From positions 130,342 to 194,341 of the forward strand of contig JBEPZY010000009.1 in NCBI GenBank assembly GCA_041640595.1: a stretch of DNA of 64,000 nucleotides, read 5' to 3'. Of the stretch, positions 58,375 to 64,000 are shown one piece after another. The position numbers and the translations under genes were made by a program. The DNA is from Gemmatales bacterium (lineage in GTDB: Bacteria > Planctomycetota > Planctomycetia > Gemmatales > HRBIN36). The notes under the pieces are model-generated. The model was not told where the DNA came from. It made no database searches and was given only the letters and a program-made list of their open reading frames with translations. Every line of letters starts with the position of its first letter. The first letter of the stretch is position 1.

Positions 58375-59325
58375 TCACGGCGAACCGGACGATGCCGCCC
58401 CGGCTTGCGACAATTGTGCCAGCAAATCGTATCCGACTGTTTCGCTCCAGGCCTGGATCAGGCGCTGCGCTGCCGCTCCGGGACAGGGAAATTCTTTACC
58501 ATCAATCTGCCTGACCGGCAATAAACAGAACGAACTGCTGGTCAGGAATGCTTCCTCGGCACGGGCGACGTCGGCCGGGAAGAGCGGGCGGTAATGAACT
58601 TTCCAACCAAGCCGCTGGGCCAGTTCCGCGACAAACTGCAGGTTAATGCCGTGGAGGATTCGTTCTGCGGGAGGGCTCAGTAATGCGTCGCCTTGCACCA
58701 GTACCAGATTGGCGAAGGCAGTCTCGAGCAAACAACCATCGGCATCGCGAAGAAGGGCGGCCATTCCGGGGCGACTGGATGGCACCATTTGCTGAGCACG
58801 CCAGTAATGGAGCCGGCTACGGTGTTTGGCCTGCCGAGGAAGGGCGTGTTCCGATGGGGCAACGACCGGCACAGTGGACAAGTAAAATCCCTCGCGCCAG
58901 AGTCGGGCGTAACGTGCCAGAGGTAGCCGAAACGTGTGCATGCCCACCGTCGGAGCCGTTTCAGCGGCCGATAGTTTCGTAACCGCCGTTGATGGTGCCG
59001 GACGGTATTGTTCAACGGGGCCAGGTGTGGCAAATACGACCAGCGCTAAATCCTCGTGCGCCTCCAGCGCCGCCGTTTGCCGTGCGACAAGTTGCTCCCC
59101 TGTTGCCAATATCTCGTCGGGCGAATAACCGATCGGCACGTGGCAAAGTTCGGCACTTTTGAAAAAGCGGTGAACGTGGTCCGGCCAGCGAAATAAACGG
59201 TGGTTGATGGTGCGGCACAGATCAGTTACCGTAGCCCCAAATACAAACCCCGCATCCCATACCGGGATGGCCAGTGTTTCGGCTTCCAGCCAGACTCCGT
59301 TCAACCAGGCCCAGTTGCGGATCAT
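58375..59325 (-). CDS. Class IV aminotransferase (IlvE/PabC-like)
   Basis: DAGFVFG, AKHRSRL (PLP lysine), ETAFAN, ILHGI and AEEAFLTSS. Confidence 0.88.
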   Translation of the reverse strand: MIRNWAWLNGVWLEAETLAIPVWDAGFVFGATVTDLCRTINHRLFRWPDHVHRFFKSAELCHVPIGYSPDEILATGEQLVARQTAALEAHEDLALVVFATPGPVEQYRPAPSTAVTKLSAAETAPTVGMHTFRLPLARYARLWREGFYLSTVPVVAPSEHALPRQAKHRSRLHYWRAQQMVPSSRPGMAALLRDADGCLLETAFANLVLVQGDALLSPPAERILHGINLQFVAELAQRLGWKVHYRPLFPADVARAEEAFLTSSSFCLLPVRQIDGKEFPCPGAAAQRLIQAWSETVGYDLLAQLSQAGAASSGSP

Positions 59326-59343
59326 GCACGGATGACGTGGCGC

Positions 59344-59398
59344 TAGTGGTCAGCGATCATCAGTGGTCGGTGGCCAGTGGCCGGTGATCAGTGACCGG
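59344..59398. repeat. Short heptamer repeat tract
   Basis: tagtggt cagcgat ... cagtggt cggtggc cagtggc cggtgat cagtgac. Confidence 0.8.
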
Positions 59399-59443
59399 AG
59401 ATAAGCGATTATGAATCCTGCGATTATTCTTAGGCGCGGAAGG

Positions 59444-60865
59444 TCATACCTGGTAAAGCAGGAGACTATGGCAACCGTTACCGGACCAGTGTGCACCCAG
59501 CATCAGCACCAGGCGGTCGCCGGGTTTTGTCCACCCGTGTTCGTTCAGCCAGCGAAGGGTTTGCGGTAAGAATGTGGCGGGCGTAACCGGGTCAGCACAG
59601 TGGATGGGTATCACTCCCCAATACAAACACATCTTTCGCACTGTGTCGAGGCGATTGCTAAAGCCCAGGATGGGCGTCAAAAAACGCTGCTTGGACAGGG
59701 CCAGCGCAGAATGCCCACCGTGCGTGGCCACGACCAGAATCTTAGCATGCACTCGATCGGCCAGCTGTCCGGCAACCTGGGCGATGACCGGCAACATCTC
59801 GCCTGATGCGGCCATCTCAGTGAGTGCATCGCTAAACGTACCCGAAGGCAGGGCCGCTTCGGTCGCTTCGGCGATTCGCCGCATGGTCAGGACTGCTTCG
59901 ATCGGATATTGGCCGCTGGCTGTTTCCGCCGACAGCATCACCGCATCGGTACCATCCAGGATGGCGTTGGCGACATCGCTGACTTCTGCCCGCGTTGGAC
60001 GGTTACTTTGCCGCATGCTTTCGAGCATCTGCGTGGCAGTGATGACGGGTTTGCCCAGGGCTCGGCAGCGAGCAATGATTTCCTTTTGCAGTAACGGCAC
60101 CCGCGACAATTCCACTTCCACTCCCAGATCGCCACGGGCTACCATAATAGCGTCGCTGAGTCGGATGATCGCATCGAGATGTCGCAGGGCCGCAGCTCGT
60201 TCAATCTTGGCGACGATCCCTGCTTCCAGACGCAATCGGTGCATTTCCTGGCGGAGTCGTTGTACATCCTCTGCTGTGCCGACGAAGCTCAAACCGATGT
60301 AATCCACCTGACGCCGGGCGGCCGCTTCCAAATCTTGCACGTCTTTTTCGGTAAGTGCAGACAGGCTTGGCGATAATCCCGGAGCTGCGATGCCCTGACG
60401 GGAGCGAATTTCTCCCGGCACCACCACCTGCAATTCCACGCCGTCATCAAGTCGGGCAACTACGCGAAGTGCAACGGTCCCGTCGGCCACCAGCAAGTTC
60501 ATACCCGGTTCCAGCTGGTCGAGTAATTGCGGATAATTGCAGGTCAATTCATCCGCCTGACCACTGGGATGACGCAGCAGGCGAACCTTTTGGCCCAGTT
60601 GCAGAAGCAGAGAACCGCCCGGCAAATCTCCCAATCGCCATTTTGGTCCGGACAGGTCCTGGAGAATGGCTAGCGGTCGGCCTATTTGGTCGCCTACCTG
60701 TCGCACTAACTGGGCCATACGGTCGTGCCAGGCCGGTTCACCGTGAGCGCTGTTGAGCCGGAATACGCTCACGCCAGCCTCGGCCAGTCCGCGAATCGTT
60801 GCTTCGGTCTGGCTGGCGGGCCCCAGCGTGGCGACAATCTTTGTTCGCGGAAGAAATTCTGGCAT
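59444..60865 (-). CDS. pyk: Pyruvate kinase
   Basis: RTKIVATLGP, IMVARGDLG, ATQMLESM, PTRAEVSD and MLSAETA. Confidence 0.96.
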   Translation of the reverse strand: MPEFLPRTKIVATLGPASQTEATIRGLAEAGVSVFRLNSAHGEPAWHDRMAQLVRQVGDQIGRPLAILQDLSGPKWRLGDLPGGSLLLQLGQKVRLLRHPSGQADELTCNYPQLLDQLEPGMNLLVADGTVALRVVARLDDGVELQVVVPGEIRSRQGIAAPGLSPSLSALTEKDVQDLEAAARRQVDYIGLSFVGTAEDVQRLRQEMHRLRLEAGIVAKIERAAALRHLDAIIRLSDAIMVARGDLGVEVELSRVPLLQKEIIARCRALGKPVITATQMLESMRQSNRPTRAEVSDVANAILDGTDAVMLSAETASGQYPIEAVLTMRRIAEATEAALPSGTFSDALTEMAASGEMLPVIAQVAGQLADRVHAKILVVATHGGHSALALSKQRFLTPILGFSNRLDTVRKMCLYWGVIPIHCADPVTPATFLPQTLRWLNEHGWTKPGDRLVLMLGAHWSGNGCHSLLLYQV

Positions 60866-61028
60866 ATCTGTAGGCTAGCTATCCTCAGGCCGGTTGAACA
60901 GTCTGGCACCCAGACGAGTCGAACAGCATCTCCTTTCAGGCAGGTTTCTCGACTTCTTGAACCCGGACGGGCGATTCACTATAGTCATTGCCAGGAGTCC
61001 AGAATCGCCAGGCAAAAAGGAGTCAGCT

Positions 61029-61523
61029 ATGTCCATGTACATTGGCGAAGCTTTGGTCGGCGATGGTGCCGAAGTGGCGCACATTGATCTGCTGCTGGGA
61101 TCGAAGGACGGGCCGGTCGGTTATGCTTTCGCGCAAGCTCTGGCCGACCAGAAACAGGGGCATTCCAATCTTCTGGCCGTGCTTACGCCTAACCTGATCT
61201 GCAAGCCCGCCACGGTGATCATCACCAAGGTAACCATCAAAAGCGGAGAACAAGCGGAGCTGATCTTCGGCCCGGCGCAGAAAGCGGTTGCCAAAGCCGT
61301 CAGCGATGCCGTTGCCGAGGGTATTATCCCCAAAGGCGTGGTGGATGATCTCGTCTGCGTGTGCGGCGTGTTTATCCACTGGGAAGCGAAAGACAAGGAC
61401 AAGATTTACCGCTACAACTACGAGGCCACAAAGCTGGCTTTGCAACGGGCCATGCACGGCGAGCCGAAGATTGAAGAAATCCTCGCCAAGAAGGACACGG
61501 TAGCCCATCCGTTCTACAAGTAA
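61029..61523 (+). CDS. fae: Formaldehyde-activating enzyme
   Basis: GEALVGDGAEVAHIDL, KVTIK, FGPAQ, VFIHW, YNYEATK and a terminal HPF. Confidence 0.95.
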   Translation: MSMYIGEALVGDGAEVAHIDLLLGSKDGPVGYAFAQALADQKQGHSNLLAVLTPNLICKPATVIITKVTIKSGEQAELIFGPAQKAVAKAVSDAVAEGIIPKGVVDDLVCVCGVFIHWEAKDKDKIYRYNYEATKLALQRAMHGEPKIEEILAKKDTVAHPFYK

Positions 61524-61691
61524 CGCAGACCGATCGCACTACCGCGGCTTAGTGAACGAGCAATCCTCAAAGCCGTACCAGCCACAGCTTGGCTTTAGCC
61601 GGTTTCCCATTTGCCGGGCCGCTCCTCGGTAGATTGCCGTCCTGCCAATACGGGCGGGATGGAGCGTGGCTCTTGAGGATTTCATCCGAGC

Positions 61692-62564
61692 ATGAGCGAA
61701 AAGCGGCGAATCCTTGTGCAGTTGGACACGGATGCGCAAGCGAGCGTGTTCGACAGTGTAGTAGCGCTCGACGCCGGCGCTGAAGTTCTGCTCCGCCACG
61801 CAAATGTCCGGCCGGACACGGTAACCCCGCTGGTGCATGGGGCGATTTTCACACGCGGGCCAAAAGATTTGCACCGCACCGCCATCTTCATTGGTGGTAG
61901 CGATGTAGCGCTGGCCGAAAAGGTCTGCGAGACCGTGTGGAAAGCTCTCCTGCCGCAATGGGGCCTGAGTGTGTCGGTGATGCTCGACCCCAACGGTTCG
62001 AATACGACCGCAGCTGCCGCAGTCCGCACGGTCTTGCAGCGGCAATCGCTGAACAACGCGACGGTGCTGGTGTTGGGCGGAACTGGCCCGGTGGGTCAGC
62101 GGGTGGCGTATTTAGCAGCCCAACTCGGTGCCGAAGTTCGTGTTGCCTCGCGGCAACTGGCTCGTGCTCAGGAAACAGTAGAGCGATTACGGGCACGTTT
62201 ACCATCCGCCCGGATTGTCGCGGGAGAAACTGCCTCTGAGGATGGGTTGCGGCAGGCGGTGCAGGGATGCCAGGTAATCATCGGTAGCGGTGCTGCTGGA
62301 GTACGCATCTTGCCGCGAACCGTGTGGCTGGGCCAGCCGCAATTGCGTATCCTCATGGACCTCAACGCCGTGCCGCCGTCGGGAATCGAGGGTGTCGAGC
62401 CGACCGATAACGGCGTGGAGCGAGACGGCGTACTTTGCTTCGGTGCCCTGGCCGTCGGCAATTTGAAGATGAAAATTCACAAGGCCGCCATCGCCAGATT
62501 GTTCGAACGCAACGACCTGCTGCTGGATATAGAAGAACTGTTCGCCCTGTCGGCGACCGTGTAA
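61692..62564 (+). CDS. NAD(P)-dependent methylene-H4MPT/methylene-THF dehydrogenase (MtdA/MtdC-like)
   Basis: SVFD, GAIFTRG, IFIGG, DPNGSNTTAAA, GGTGPVG, DLNAVPP and GNLKMKIH. Confidence 0.9.
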   Translation: MSEKRRILVQLDTDAQASVFDSVVALDAGAEVLLRHANVRPDTVTPLVHGAIFTRGPKDLHRTAIFIGGSDVALAEKVCETVWKALLPQWGLSVSVMLDPNGSNTTAAAAVRTVLQRQSLNNATVLVLGGTGPVGQRVAYLAAQLGAEVRVASRQLARAQETVERLRARLPSARIVAGETASEDGLRQAVQGCQVIIGSGAAGVRILPRTVWLGQPQLRILMDLNAVPPSGIEGVEPTDNGVERDGVLCFGALAVGNLKMKIHKAAIARLFERNDLLLDIEELFALSATV

Positions 62565-62647
62565 TCGGCAAGCTGGCCTCTGGAGTATAGCCTTGCGTCG
62601 CGCCGATCGGAGCCGCCCCATCCGAACATCGGCACACGCTGGCTTCG

Positions 62648-64000
62648 CTAAACTGGCACCAGGTTCGTGGCATTGAGAACCGGGCGGTTGTCTGCTGGAT
62701 GCCGCTCCACCACCAGCCAGAAACGCACCACCCGGCCTGCAAGGCCGTGCTGCTTGGCCGACTCGCTGATGCGAAAGTCACGGAACCCCGGTGCCAGAAT
62801 GCAGCCGGACTCGTGCACATAGCCAAAAAGCTCCAGCTCCAGGTCTCTCATATCCTCTCCTACCGGCAACTCATCCATTTGCGCGACCGCTTGGCAAATC
62901 GTCTCGACCCTTTCGATCAGAGCCAGATTGTGCTCGATATGTTCTCGGGTAAATCCCAGCGAGCCCACCAGCGCCAGGGCATTCTCGACATCGCCATAAC
63001 GCCGCAAAAGCACCGTGGCCACCCCATTTCTCAGACGCGTCTGGCTTTGCCCTGGTGAAGTCATCCAGTCCAGGCATCGCTTTTTCTTTTCTCCGCCCGC
63101 ATGAATTCGATCCGCGAAGTGCTCATGTAAGTGCTTATGTAGAAGGTCCCTGACGTCCAATCGCTCAGCACCCGTAACAGCTCCCTCCCGCAGCTCCTGT
63201 ACAAGGAGCCGCCCTGCTATCGCAAGTGCCATTTCCGCAGACAACTCCGGCGCCAGGCCAAAAGCCTGGATGCCCTGCACGGCCGCGCCCCACTTCTCTT
63301 GCTCCAGCAACCGCCATACTCCCGCAGCCGCTGCTTCCACAAACGCCTCTGTCTGCAAACCAAAGGCCTCGATTCTCCGCAGGGCTGTCTGCCACTGTCC
63401 TTGCTGCACCAACTTTTCGATAATTGGCTCCGGAGGATAGCGTGTTGCGAGACCAAACGCTTGGATTCCCTGCAGGGCCTCGTCCCATCGCTCTTGCTCC
63501 AGCAACCGCTGCACTCCTGCAGCCGCTGCCTCGCCAAACGCCTCCCGTTGCAGACCAAACGCTCGGATTCCCCGCAGGGTCGCCTGCCACTGCCCTTGCT
63601 GGAGCAATTTTTGGATAATCGGCTCGGGCGGATAGCGTGTTGTCAGACCAAAAGCTTGGATTCCCTGCAAGGCCTCGACCCATCGTTCTTGCTCCAGCAA
63701 CCGCTGCACTCCTGCAGCCGCCGCTTCGGCAAACGCCTCCCGCTGCAGGCCAAAGGTCTGGATTCCTCGCAGGCTCGCTTGCCACTGCCCTTGCTGGAGC
63801 AATTTTTGGATAATCGGCTCGGGCGGATAGCGTGTTGTCAGACCAAAAGCTTGGATTCCCTGCAAGGCCTTGTCCCATCGTTCTTGCTCCAGCAACCGCT
63901 GCACTCCTGCAGCCGCCGCTTCGGCAAACGCCTCCCGCTGCAGGCCAAAGGTCTGGATTCCTCGCAGGCTCGCTTGCCACTGCCCTTGCTGGAGCAATTT
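62648..64000 (-). CDS. Helical tandem-repeat protein with a possible C-terminal OB/cold-shock-like domain (5' end runs off the window)
   Basis: The frame is open to the window edge and contains a 65-aa repeat unit. Confidence 0.75.
   Translation of the reverse strand, partial: KLLQQGQWQASLRGIQTFGLQREAFAEAAAAGVQRLLEQERWDKALQGIQAFGLTTRYPPEPIIQKLLQQGQWQASLRGIQTFGLQREAFAEAAAAGVQRLLEQERWVEALQGIQAFGLTTRYPPEPIIQKLLQQGQWQATLRGIRAFGLQREAFGEAAAAGVQRLLEQERWDEALQGIQAFGLATRYPPEPIIEKLVQQGQWQTALRRIEAFGLQTEAFVEAAAAGVWRLLEQEKWGAAVQGIQAFGLAPELSAEMALAIAGRLLVQELREGAVTGAERLDVRDLLHKHLHEHFADRIHAGGEKKKRCLDWMTSPGQSQTRLRNGVATVLLRRYGDVENALALVGSLGFTREHIEHNLALIERVETICQAVAQMDELPVGEDMRDLELELFGYVHESGCILAPGFRDFRISESAKQHGLAGRVVRFWLVVERHPADNRPVLNATNLVPV
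63255..64000. repeat. 195-bp coding tandem repeat, about 3.8 copies visible
   Basis: ggagcaattt recurs at 63601, 63796 and 63991 (period 195), with a more diverged copy at about 63406. Confidence 0.92.

Noticed and set aside
63165..63980. Alternative-frame repetitive 271-aa ORF
   Set aside because: It is a by-product of the 195-bp repeat; the 62648 frame gives a coherent amphipathic helical protein.

Overview
A 64-kb stretch of a GC-rich bacterial chromosome whose gene content is typical of Planctomycetota (DUF1501, DUF1552, a YTV-repeat protein, planctomycete-type cytochrome c domains, fae/mtd). Most of it is housekeeping or metabolic: hpf-ptsN-ptsH-ptsI, comM/yifB, nagB, nadA, thiL, tRNA-Asp, rpsR, rnhA, smpB, pyk, fae and mtd. 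No transposase, integrase, cas gene or rRNA was recognised. The standout is a + strand cluster at about 26.8-31.1 kb behind a near-consensus sigma70 promoter. It encodes a JAB/JAMM metallo-isopeptidase, a 60-aa protein with a strong RBS, a stand-alone E2 (UBC-like) enzyme with an intact catalytic Cys, a ThiF/E1-like adenylyltransferase with no crossover-loop Cys, and an overlapping beta-rich unknown protein. This looks like a bacterial ubiquitination-like conjugation system without a recognisable beta-grasp Ubl. Other points of interest are strand-biased intergenic heptamer repeat tracts, a degenerate ~24-bp repeat array, a KamA/ATP-grasp pair, a redoxin-cytochrome-copper monooxygenase fusion, and a protein with recent 195-bp tandem repeats. 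All family calls come from reading motifs by eye; no searches were run.
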